Positions 53,954 through 64,000 of a stretch of DNA of 64,000 bases are shown here, in pieces (position 1 is the first letter of the stretch; every line of letters begins with the position of its first letter). The stretch is from assembly GCA_002269645.1 (NCBI GenBank), contig NIVC01000975.1, positions 62,001 to 126,000 on the forward strand. Direction: 5' to 3'. Made by a program: the position numbers and the translations under genes. The notes beneath the pieces are model-generated. The model ran no database searches. It saw nothing but the letters and a program-made list of their open reading frames with translations, and had not been told where the DNA came from. This DNA comes from Macrostomum lignano (lineage: Eukaryota).

Positions 53954-56900
53954 ATGGCAACCTGTATAGTGAAGCTGCGCGCCTTCTCGGGCGCCCAGTC
54001 GGAGACTCCGCCCTGTTTCCTGTTGCAAATCGATGAGTTTAAACTGCTGCTGGACTGCGGCTGGGACTCCAGCTTCAAGGCTGACTATGTTGAGCAATTG
54101 AAGCCAGTTACTAAGGAGATCGATGCCGTGCTGTTGAGCCACTCGGATCCGTTCTACATCGGCGCTCTGCCCTACCTGGTAGGCAGGTGCGGCCTGACCT
54201 GCCCAATCTACTCCACCGTCCCGGTGCGCCGCATGGGCCAGATGATGCTGTACGACCTGCACGCCTCGCATGCCACCGTGGAAGAGTTCAACTTGTTCAG
54301 CCTTGACGATATCGACGCCGCATTCGACCGGGTGCACCAGTTGAAGTACCAGCAGACGGTCACCTTCGAGGGCAAAGGTCACGGCATCGCCATCACGCCG
54401 CTGCCTGCCGGGCACAGTCTGGGCGCCACACTGTGGAAGATAGTGGACGGCGAGGAGGAGATTGTGTACGCCCTGGGCTACAACCACAAGAAGGAGCGGC
54501 ACCTGAACGGAGCCAGCTTTGATTTGACATTCCGACCATCGCTGCTCATCACCGACTGCGCCAACATGCTGTACAACCAGCGCCGACGACGCGCCAGAGA
54601 TGAACAGCTGATGACATCGATTCTTGGCACCCTGCGGGATGGCGGCAACGTGCTGATTGCTACCGACACTGCGGGACGATGCCTGGAGCTGACTCACCTG
54701 CTGGAGCAGCTGTGGCAGAATCAGCAATCCGGCTTGATGGCCTACAGTCTGGCGCTGTTGAATTGCGTTGCTCATAATGTTGTTGAGCATGCCAAGTCTC
54801 AGGTTGAGTGGATGAGCGATCGGGTTACCAAGCAGTTCGAGCTTAGCAGAGATAATCCGTTTAATTTTCGGTATCTGCACGTTTGTCACAGCCTGCAGGT
54901 GAGAGTCTGGATTGCTAATCTAGTCAGTTTGGATATGCTGGATTAGAGGTGGATTGCTAATCTAGTCAGCTTAGATATGCTGGATTAGAGGTGGATTGCT
55001 AATCTAGTCAGTTTGGATATGCTGGATTAGAGGTGGATTGCTAATCTAGTCAGTTTGGATATGGTAGATTACAGTTGGATTGCTAATCTAGTCAGTTTGG
55101 ATATGGTGGATATGGATTAGAGATGGATTGCTAATCTAGTAGATATTGATTAGGTATAGAGGTGGATTGCTAATCTAGTCAGTTTGGATTAGGCATTAGA
55201 GATGGATTGCTAATCTAGTCAATATTGATTAGGCATTAGAGGTGGATTGCTAATCTAGTAGATATTGATTAGGTATAGAGGTGGATTGCTAATCTAGTCA
55301 GTTTGGATTAGGCATTAGAGGTGGATTGCTAATCTAGCCAACGCAAATTCCAAAACCGCAGGACCTGGCCCGAGTGCGCGAGCCCCGAGTGGTCCTGGCC
55401 TCCCAGGCCGACCTGGACTGGGGCTTCACCAGGCAGCTGTTCCAGCAGTGGGCTGGCGCCGAGAACAACGCCATCATCCTGACTCAGCGCAGCCCGCCAG
55501 GCAGCCTTGCCCGACACCTCATCGATAATCGGAATGTGCGGCATGTGAGTCCTTCGAATGGGATAAACAGTGGCCCATCAAAGGATTAGATGGGGATTAA
55601 CAGTGGCCCATCAAAGGGTTAGATGAGGATTAACGGTGGCCCATCAAAGGGTTAGATGAGGATTAAGCGCGGCCCATCAAAGGATTAGATGGGGATTGAC
55701 AGTGGCCAATCAAAGGGTTAGATAAGGATTAAGCGCGGCCCATCAAAGGATTAGATGAGGATTAACAGTGGCCCATCAAAGGGTTAGATGAGGATTAAGC
55801 GCGGCCCATCAAAGGATTAGATGGGGATTAACAGCGGCTTATCAAAGGATTAGGGGAAGATTAACAGCGGCCCTTCAAAGGATGAAGGACCTGAATTCAA
55901 TGCTGCAGAATCCGATATCAGATAAGCCGCATTCCTCTCAGGTGCAAATCGAAGTCAAACGAAAGGTGCGCCTCGAGGGCGCCGAGCTGGAGGCCCTGCA
56001 GCGAACCAAGCGCCCTCATGCCGCCGCCGCCGCCTCCTCAGCAGCACCTGGCGCCGCTGGCGACCCCGTCGACGGCCTTGACGACGAATCCAGCGACGAC
56101 GAAGACGTCGACAAGGACGACCCGATGAACGGCAGCGTCGGCGGTGTCGGCGGCCTGAGCAGCGCTGCTGGCGCTGCTGGCGGGGGCGCGGGCGCCGGAT
56201 CGAGCCTGAGTTCGAATCTGCTCACCGCGGCATCGCCGCACGACATCCTGCCGAATCCGAGCGCTGCCAAGCGGGCCGCCCAGCATCAGCAGAGGCAGCT
56301 GCATCAGCTGCATCATCTGCATCAACAGCAGCAGCAACTCGTCTATCCTCTTGTTGAGTTCAGGTAAATGATTCAGATCCTCGAATCCCACACCCTCAAA
56401 TCCCAGATCCTAAAATCCCAAATCCTCAAATGCCAGATCCTCAAATCCCAGATCCTTAAATCCTACATCATCAAATCCCAAATCCTCAAATCCTAAATCC
56501 TTAAATCCCACATGCATAAATCCCACATTCATAAATCCGAAATCCTCAAATCCCACATCCTCCAATCCCAGATCCTGAAATCCTACATCGTCAACTCCCA
56601 GATCCTTAAATTTCAGATCCTTAAATCCCAGATTCTCAAATCCCAGCTCCTCAATTCTAGATTCTCAAATCCCAGCTCCTCAAAAACCAGATCCTTAAAT
56701 TTCAGATCCTTAAATCCCAGATTCTCAAATCCCAGCTCCTCAATTCTAGATTCTCAAATCCCAGCTCCTCAAAAACCAGATCCTTAAATCCCAGATTCTC
56801 AAATCCCCGATCCTCAAATCCCAGATCCTTAAATCCTACATCATCAAATCCCAGATTCTCAAATCCCAGATTCTCAAATCCCAGATTCTCAAATCTCAAA

Positions 56901-57936
56901 TCCTCGAATCCTACATCCTTAAATCCCGCATCCTTAAATCCCACACCCATAGATCCCAGATCATCAAATCCCAGATCCTCAGATTCCAGCTCCTCAAATC
57001 CCATACCCTCAAATCCCACATCCTTATCTTAAAGTAATTAATTATTCAGTTCCAATTTCAACCGCTGCAATCCTCCCCACTTATTGAAATCCCATTAACA
57101 TCCATTGCAGGCCGACTTTCGATGACTACGGCGAGCCGGTGGACCCCAACGTGTTCAACGCCCTGTTCGCGCCGTCCGCAGTTGCCGACTTGCCCGACGG
57201 CGGTCGGGGCCGCAACACGGCCGCCCTGGCAGCCGCAGCGGCTGCCGCAGCCGCCGCAAAGGCCGCCGCCGAGAAGCGGGCCGCCAGAGACGCCGAGCCG
57301 CCCTCAAAATGCCTGGTCGAACAGGTCGACGTCGACATTCGGTGCACGGTCGCTTTCATCGACTTCGAAGGTCGATCAGACGGCGACGCGGTCAAGAAGA
57401 TTGTGTCGACGTTAAAGCCGCGCGAGACTGTGCTGGTGCTGGGCAGCCGGGATGCCACCGACCACCTGGCGGAGTTCTGCCGCACCAACATGGGCCTGGC
57501 GCCGGAGCGGATCCACACGCCAGCCAATGGCGAAACAGTTGACGTCACCAAGGAGGCGCACATCTACCAGGCCCGGGTGAAGGACTCGCTGATCTCCAGC
57601 CTGACATTCTTCCCGCTAGGCGAATACGAGCTCGCCTGGGTTGACGCCAGCATCCATCTGGAGGGTCCGACCGAGCAGCCGACTCTGGTGCCGTGGAAGT
57701 CCGGCAGGCCGCCAGACCACAAGACTGTGTTCATCGGCGAGCCCAAGCTGCACGGCGTGAAGCAGCGACTGCAGGAGATCGGCATGACCGCCGAGTTCCA
57801 GGGCGGAGTGCTGGTGGTCAACGGCAGGGTGGCGGTGAAGCGGACCGAAGCCGGGCGGCTGCTGATTGAAGGCGCCTGCAGCGAGGACTACTTCCGGGTG
57901 CGGGAGCTGGTGTACAGTCAGTACGCCATTCTGTAA
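53954..57936 (+). CDS. CPSF2: Cleavage and polyadenylation specificity factor subunit 2 (CPSF100), ~791 aa
   Basis: Exons 53954-54898, 55362-55544, 55942-56363, 57111-57936 join in frame. Motifs [48 protein letters not shown] and the C-terminal [17 protein letters not shown]. Confidence 0.96.
54910..55337. repeat. ~42-bp array (gaggtggattgctaatctagtcagtttggat...), CPSF2 intron 1
   Basis: Seen directly. Confidence 0.9.
55560..55880. repeat. ~33-bp array (ggattagatggggattaacagtggcccatcaaa), CPSF2 intron 2
   Basis: Seen directly. Confidence 0.9.
56385..57020 (+). repeat. aaatcccagatcctc-type degenerate array, CPSF2 intron 3
   Basis: A related inverted array lies at 58225-58745. Confidence 0.88.
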
Positions 57937-58224
57937 TGCTCAGCCGGATTGACATTTGTTACGTAATAATTAGGCACTGTTGTTGTTAACTATTAATTGC
58001 CTGAGCAGCAATTATGAAATAAACTCGACTGGTAATCATTTATTATGTCTGCATTTTTTATTATCGCCTGTTCGACTGGAGGGCGGCTCGCAAATTACTG
58101 CGCAATCCCCTATCGATATGGTTCATTTGTAACTCCACTAATTTATTTGATTTGATTATTCTGGCAGGTCCGAAAAATTTAAGACTCGTATTGAGTCTTA
58201 AACTTTGATTGTGGATTCAAGCAT

Positions 58225-58745
58225 CTGGGATTTAAGGATCAGGGAGTTCAGGGTGTGGGATTTAAGGATGTGGCATTTGAGGATATGGGAGTTAAGAATG
58301 TGGGATTTGAGGATGTGAGAATTAATCGCGTGGGATTTAAGGGTGTGGGATTTGAGGGTGTGGGATTTAAGGGTGTGGGATTGGGTGTGATATTTGAGGA
58401 TGTGAGAGTTAAGGTGTGGGATTTAATGGGGTGGGATTTAAGGGTGTGGGATTTGAGGATGTGAGAATTAAGCGCGTGGGATTTAAGGGTGTGGGATTGG
58501 GTGTGGGATTTGAGGATGTGAGAGTTAAGGTGTGGGATTTATGGGGTGGGATTTAAGGGTGTGGGATTGGGTGTGGGATTTGAGGATGTGAGAGTTAAGG
58601 TGTGGGATTTAATGGGGTGGGATTTAAGGGTGTGGGATTTGAGGATGTGAGAATTAAGCGCGTGAGATTTAAGGGTGTGGGATTGGGTGTGGAATTTGAG
58701 GGTGTGGGAGTTAAGGGTGTGCGATTCAAGGCTGTGGGATTTGAG
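58225..58745 (-). repeat. gtgggatttgaggat-type array downstream of CPSF2
   Basis: Reverse-complement relative of 56385-57020. Confidence 0.88.
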
Positions 58746-59063
58746 GAATAAAAATTACATTTTCATTAGTAGAACTGCAGCATGCTCAGCAGAGCCAGTT
58801 CAGTCGGTTCATTTTCAACCCACTTCGATATTCATTGTCAAGACTTGCACGAACCTCTCTCAGCAACGCATGGCTGTCTGCAAGTTCTGGCTGTTACTTC
58901 GTTGGACTTAACATGGCGTTTTAGACATTTCCATCTGGCGAGAAAACTCCCAGAGGCTAAAACTAAATTTAGCAATTTTGTGATTTAAGGAACTTAGTGG
59001 TACTAACCTTGGTCAACTCTGCTTAACTGCACTCGGCGATTCCGGAGTGCTGGAAGGCCCGAT

Positions 59064-59260
59064 GGCGCCACTTTGGATATCGTTGGCGCCACTTTGGATA
59101 TCGATGGCGCCACTTTAGATATCGTTGGCGCCACTTTCGATATCGATGGCGCCACTTTGGGTATCGTTGGCGCCACTTTGGATATCGTTAGCGCCACTTT
59201 GGATATCGTTAGCGCCACTTTAATTTGGATATCGATGGCGCCACTTTGGATATCGATGGC
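59064..59260. repeat. 21-bp array (ggcgccactttggatatcgtt)
   Basis: Seen directly. Each unit carries GGCGCC and GATATC palindromes. Confidence 0.9.
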
Positions 59261-60414
59261 TGATAGTATGTATATATCCTAATTACCCCTGTCAGTGTCA
59301 GCCTCGTGTGCGTGTCACTAGCGCTGGATTTGTCCACATTCATGGCCAAGTCATGTATTTTGAAGCAGATACATGTAGTATTCCAACCACAGAACTTCTG
59401 GAAGAACTGGTCAAACTGGCAGATCTCCCCCACATTGACCTCCCAGACGGGTCCTTTAGAGACACATCCATGTGCTCGTATTTTCGAACATGATGTTTAG
59501 CTCTTGCTCAAATTAAGCAAGCGCTCAATTAGCAGCGAGTGCAATCAATCGGACAGTTGAGTCGCAGATTGCTGTCAGTGTTTAATAAACTCCATCCTGA
59601 CCTGACATCAACGCCCAGCGATCAAGAGGGCGACACACACCGTCTACCGGATCGGTGAGTTTTGCAACAAATCGTGCGCATGCAGTCACCTCGGAGTAGG
59701 AAAAATGCATTCGTTACTAATGCTTATTTACTCATCACTCGACTCTCACCAACTTTGATTGCAGAAAACTACAAGCCAGTGACTGCACAGAGTGACTCAA
59801 TTTCTGTCCATTGCCTGAACAGCTGCAATAGCTTCGGGTGTCGGCTAAAATTGATGATGAGCACTGCACAGACTTAAAGTACACTTGTAATGACCGCTTG
59901 TTGAATAGATTATTCAGACGCAGCCGGATTGCTCGGCTGCTATCGTCTCTGCAAGTGACCTTGTTCACCAGCCGAAAACTTATTTTTGTCTCATCACGGG
60001 ATGGCAGCAGCATTCTACGGCTTGCGCAGCACTGACCTGACCGCCAGTCAATCTGCTCCTTCGCCACCGCTAACGGCATTATGCGACTATGTTCTTATTT
60101 GATATTCATAAAGCTTTTCGTTTAGAAAAAAATTCTAAGTCCGTTTTATACCTCTACGAATATAGTAAAATGGTCGTGAAATAGGTACATGCAGCTGCAT
60201 GTACATGTACAGTATGTTAAGTAAATACTGAAAGTTTGCGTACATGTATGTACAAATTGTCGCTGTTCAGCATTCCTAATATTCTTAAACTACGGGTATG
60301 AGTATACTCGCGTCTAAGTCAAGTGAACAAATGATACAAAAATCAATATCTATAAAGTAATTATGTCCTATAAGTAGAAGGCATGAGGGGGCTTCTGGGA
60401 CAAAATTTTTCACT

Positions 60415-60630
60415 TCCTCCATAATCCACCTAAATCCATCCATATTATTCCTGACAGAATCAGAAAAAAAAGGGGGTCGCACTCGCTCACAAAACGTCCT
60501 CCATAATCCCATTAAATCCATCCATATTATCCCCGACAGAATCATGAAAAAGTGGAGGGGTCGCACTTGCTCCGAAAACTTCGAACATAATCGTATTAAA
60601 TCCATCCATATTATCCCTGACAGAATCAGT
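60415..60630. repeat. ~82-85 bp imperfect direct repeat, ~2.5 copies (taaatccatccatattat..ctgacagaatca core)
   Basis: cataat-anchored copies begin near 60420, 60502 and 60586. Confidence 0.8.
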
Positions 60631-60826
60631 GCATAACAGGTGTCCACTAACACCTGTTATGCTCATTGACACCGACATCCACCCATAGCATCTTCGAGAC
60701 AATCAGAAAATAATCTGCATTCTTCTTCCCACATTCAATTCGCAACACGAAACCAGATCCCAAAGACTTTAAACCCCCTAACCCAGGGTCCTTACCCTTT
60801 GAAAAAAAAATAAATTCTCAATAAAA

Positions 60827-61069
60827 ATGTTTCCAGTTGTCTCTCCAGGTTCCTATTATACTCAGCCTCATCCATTGTACAAATCCAAGTACCGATGCAA
60901 ACTAGAATGCAGCGAGTACATGAGAAAATATTGGCCCGACGTTCATATCAATGTCCCTAATATTAATCTAGCTCTCCAAAGACACTGGTTTCATAAGTAT
61001 GGAGTAACCTATGTAAAAGATTACGACAGCTACTATAACTTTGCAGAAATCATTAAGCAATTGCGTTAA
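60827..61069 (+). CDS. Small 80-aa ORF of the Polinton, unknown function
   Basis: aataaaaATG context like the other element genes. Tyr/His-rich. No recognisable domain. Confidence 0.45.
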   Translation: MFPVVSPGSYYTQPHPLYKSKYRCKLECSEYMRKYWPDVHINVPNINLALQRHWFHKYGVTYVKDYDSYYNFAEIIKQLR

Positions 61070-61174
61070 AAAACTGAAAGGCCAAAATCGTTTTCATTTT
61101 GGCCTCGCGCGAGGCCGAAATCCTTTGCATTCTGGCCTTCACTCGAGACGGAATTCTTCCCCGGCTGGGCTCAG

Positions 61175-61699
61175 TTAAAGTGAAAATCTCTCTCCCCCCA
61201 CGCGCGCTCTCTCTACCCCCAGCTCTTTCAGCAGTCTTCCCAATTTCTTGTTAGGAGCACACAAAATAAACCCTGCTTCCAAGCCTCCGCCCTCTCTTTC
61301 CGCACACCCGCCCTCTCTCCCCAAACACCCACCTTCGCCTTGAACCCCCAAACCCAACTTTGCCTTACTAAAAATAACAGCTTTAACTAGCTTCCGAGCA
61401 ATCGACTCACGAAATCCGCTTTAAGCCCCTATATTGTCTAGTCTCTTAAGCATTTCTTTGTCCCAGCGATTCTTCTCCTCAGGAAAATCTCTATATTTAA
61501 CATCGTGCCACATGCAGACAGAGTCTAGCTCGTTCACAGGCTCATGCCCAGGATGTGGATTATTGTTTTTATCTAACTGTATTTCAAGTGGATTCAAAGG
61601 CCCGCAATATTTATAGCCGGGAAGTGTCCAGCCTTTGTTTGGATGAGGAAGCTTTTCTATCAGTCCATGTGAATCTAACTTACCACCAGAGCGTTGCAT
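61175..61699 (-). pseudogene. Parvovirus-type phospholipase A2 (PLA2X-like virion protein) interrupted by an in-frame TAA at 61421-61423
   Basis: TLPGYKYCGPLN Ca-loop, HDVKY catalytic motif and WDKEML. After the TAA the same frame continues SGFRESIARKLVKAVIFSKAKLGLG to a stop at 61175. Confidence 0.8.
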
Positions 61700-61729
61700 T
61701 ATTTTATTTTAAATTTTCTTTTTCAAAAA

Positions 61730-62737
61730 ATGACAGATCAGAAACTTAAAAAACTCTACTACAGCGACAAAGGATTCTTTGTAGGAAAAAATGCAGTCAC
61801 CAAACTCGCAGAACTAAGTAAGGAACCAAAAGCTAAAGTAGAAAAGTGGCTCTCTAAGCAGGCTGTCTTTCAAGTCTATTTCCCACCAGTAAAATTTACA
61901 AGACCTCACTTTAGCATCTATAAACCTAATGAAGCGCACCAAGCAGATCTTTTGTTTCTCCCCAACGACTCAGGCTACAAGTATGCTCTTACAATTATTG
62001 ACATTGCTTCCAGATATAAGGAAGCTCGCCCACTCAAGACGAAGAAGTCAGAAGCAGTTGCAGCCGCCCTCCAAGATATTTATAAAAACTCACCCCTTAG
62101 TTACCCTGAAATCTTTATGACGGACCCGGGTAAAGAATTCATGGGTGCAGTGATATCACTTCTACATAAGTATGACACAAAAATTCGCTATGGAAGAACT
62201 GAGCTCCACAGAGACCAGGCTTTTGTGGAAAGATTCAATCTAACTCTAGCCAAGAGGCTATTCACTAAGCAGACAGCAGAGGAGCTGAAACTAAAAGGTG
62301 GCCAATACTATACCAAGTGGACAGACCGGCTCCCCACTGTTATAGAGCAACTGAACAATGAAGTCACGCGCATGACTGGATTGAAACCGTCCCATGCAAT
62401 TAAACAAGACACTGTCGAACTTAAGTCATCTCATAGAACAGACACCTCAAACTACCCTAAGCTTCCAGGAGTTGAATCACCATACATACTGACAAACTCT
62501 GAGTTTCTACGCTTTTTATATCTACCTGGAGAGCTAGAGAAAGACACCAAAAGAAGAGCTACAGATCCATACTTCAGCCTTGATGTACATAAAATAGACA
62601 GACATTTTACCTCCGACTCTGGAGACTATTACTTTTTATCTCAAACCTTTAACCCTAAATCCCCCACGCGGTCATTCACTAGAGCTGAACTCCAGCCGTA
62701 CCAGCTGACACGGAAATTAATTAAAATATTAAAATAA
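61730..62737 (+). CDS. Retroviral-like (rve/c-integrase) DDE integrase, ~335 aa
   Basis: HQADLLFLP (D), YALTIIDIASRY, FMTDPGKEF (D), AFVERFNLTL (E), WTDRLPTVIEQLNN. The likely start is aaaaaATG at 61730 rather than the track's 61694. Confidence 0.92.
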   Translation: MTDQKLKKLYYSDKGFFVGKNAVTKLAELSKEPKAKVEKWLSKQAVFQVYFPPVKFTRPHFSIYKPNEAHQADLLFLPNDSGYKYALTIIDIASRYKEARPLKTKKSEAVAAALQDIYKNSPLSYPEIFMTDPGKEFMGAVISLLHKYDTKIRYGRTELHRDQAFVERFNLTLAKRLFTKQTAEELKLKGGQYYTKWTDRLPTVIEQLNNEVTRMTGLKPSHAIKQDTVELKSSHRTDTSNYPKLPGVESPYILTNSEFLRFLYLPGELEKDTKRRATDPYFSLDVHKIDRHFTSDSGDYYFLSQTFNPKSPTRSFTRAELQPYQLTRKLIKILK

Positions 62738-62740
62738 AAA

Positions 62741-63199
62741 ATGACAAAGATTGAAACCAGAACCATCAATAAACTCAATAAAATCATTGAATCAAAGAGA
62801 CCAGGTCTTATATCAATAAAAGGTGCCAAAGTAAAAGTCGATCCCGTGCAGCAAATAGTTCAATGTAATGAACAAAGACACAGCATCACAGATGAAAAGT
62901 CAGGAGGAATCCTACCATTAGCAGCTCTTATTCCGATCATTGCAGGCGCTGTGAGTGCCGCAGGTGGTGTAGCTGGAGGTGTAGCAACTGCTGTTAAAGC
63001 TGGGAATGATAGAGCCCACCAGCTAGAATTGCAAAAGATTGCAAGAGACAAAGGTATAACAATTAAGGCAGGAGAGGGCTGCCCTGAGGGCTGCCCGGAT
63101 CGTGATGATTGTGAGAATGAAAATTCTATAAGCAAGTCTGACATTGTCAAAGCTATCATGACACTGCACAATGCTGGGTTTACAATAATGCGCATGTGA
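62741..63199 (+). CDS. 152-aa ORF with an adenovirus pX/mu-precursor-like hydrophobic segment (putative core or membrane-active virion protein)
   Basis: KSGGILPLAALIPIIAGAVSAAGGVAGGVATAV closely resembles adenovirus pX RGGILPLLIPLIAAAIGAVPGIA. Starts 3 nt after the integrase stop. Confidence 0.7.
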   Translation: MTKIETRTINKLNKIIESKRPGLISIKGAKVKVDPVQQIVQCNEQRHSITDEKSGGILPLAALIPIIAGAVSAAGGVAGGVATAVKAGNDRAHQLELQKIARDKGITIKAGEGCPEGCPDRDDCENENSISKSDIVKAIMTLHNAGFTIMRM

Positions 63200-63323
63200 T
63201 GAGGTTTAAAACCCCACTTTATCCAGCTTCATAAACCTAACACTACTTATAGGATGTAGAAACAGTTCAACTTTTCTATCAGGGTGGTCACCCTCAAAAT
63301 TTTTTTTTATTTTATAGAAAAAA

Positions 63324-64000
63324 ATGCCAAAAGCTAATCCAGCAAAAGATTTAGTCAACAGATATTTTTCAAAAGGCGTCTCATTTCAAGACAAAAGTAA
63401 TTTACTAAGAGAAGCATGTAAACAAAAGTTTAACACCGACCCTGGTCACCTGGGAAGCTATGAAAAACAGTTGGAAATCATCAATCAATTAGAATCCAAC
63501 CAGTATGCGCCTATACAAAATCCTGCAAAGGAACACCAAGAGAGGAGTCGCAACTTAGTTAACAAATACGAAACTCTCACTGGTGAAAAAGCAAAGTACC
63601 CACAAAATAAGCAGGAACAAGAGAAATTAGAGCAATTAATCCATTTAAAAGAGTCGGAGCTTGCCATTGAAGAGATTAATTTTGCACAGAGAAAGTTTAC
63701 AGAACATTACATCGAGTACACAATCCCAATTAAGGATACCACCGCAAACATCTACGACTATAAAGACAGCATCCAATCAGTTGTTGATCACACACTCAAA
63801 ACACGCAAGACCTTTAAACTACAGATATCATTCAAGATTGCATTTTATATGCCTGCAAAACCCACTGAGCATCTCGAGTATTACATGACAACAAAGGCAA
63901 AGCCATTCACCCCTACAGACACACTGGATCCTTTCCTTCAAGATGTCACTAAGAAAATTGAAGCGTTTACATCCAGAGGTTCCGGATGGGTCGTAGGAGG
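63324..64000 (+). CDS. 5' part of a probable protein-primed DNA polymerase B (pPolB), truncated by the window end
   Basis: aaaaaaATG at 63324 and 225 stop-free codons to the window end (absent from the ORF track), ending in KIEAFTSRGSGWVV, the GSGW motif seen in Polinton pPolB N-termini. The catalytic domains lie outside the window. Confidence 0.7.
   Translation, partial: MPKANPAKDLVNRYFSKGVSFQDKSNLLREACKQKFNTDPGHLGSYEKQLEIINQLESNQYAPIQNPAKEHQERSRNLVNKYETLTGEKAKYPQNKQEQEKLEQLIHLKESELAIEEINFAQRKFTEHYIEYTIPIKDTTANIYDYKDSIQSVVDHTLKTRKTFKLQISFKIAFYMPAKPTEHLEYYMTTKAKPFTPTDTLDPFLQDVTKKIEAFTSRGSGWVVG

Larger units (their letters stand above)
60415..64000. mobile_element. One end of a Polinton/Maverick (adintovirus-type endogenous virus), continuing beyond the window
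   Basis: Abrupt switch to compact, intronless, AT-rich genes with A-rich ATG contexts. PLA2, rve-type integrase, pX-like ORF and a PolB-like N-terminus lie within 3.2 kb, preceded by ~82-85 bp subterminal-type repeats. The exact left boundary/TIR was not identified. Confidence 0.85.

Noticed and set aside
58760-60080. Short ORFs and splice-like sites between CPSF2 and the Polinton
   Set aside because: I could not assemble a consistent gene model on either strand and saw no recognisable motifs.
61694-61729. ORF-track start of the integrase at 61694 (MHYFILNFLFQK)
   Set aside because: It overlaps the PLA2 start on the other strand and crosses the A/T spacer. ATG 61730 has the A-rich context shared by the element's genes.

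Overview
This is eukaryotic (animal) genomic DNA: GC-rich, poly-Q/A/G-rich exons are separated by introns almost entirely filled with micro- and minisatellites. The style suggests a free-living flatworm such as Macrostomum (inference only). Four complete plus-strand spliced genes can be built by hand with GT-AG junctions and unbroken frames: a whirlin-like PDZ scaffold (9141-20211), an IP3 receptor (21430-48058, 16 exons, ~2918 aa), an ENOX-like RRM protein (50019-53173) and CPSF2/CPSF100 (53954-57936). Nested antisense in IP3R introns are an intronless 542-aa caspase-family ORF with an intact His/QACRG dyad, and an orphan CUB-domain exon. The last ~3.6 kb is one end of a Polinton/Maverick (adintovirus-type) element: a parvovirus-type PLA2 with one in-frame stop, a DDE integrase, an adenovirus pX-like ORF and the start of a probable protein-primed PolB. 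Most long ORFs in the supplied track are translations of tandem repeats. The main leads are the nested caspase (possibly a pseudo-caspase/caspase tandem), the endogenous virus, 15/15 phase-0 introns in IP3R, alternative half-PDZ exons in whirlin, and inverted repeat pairs bracketing in-frame exon blocks.
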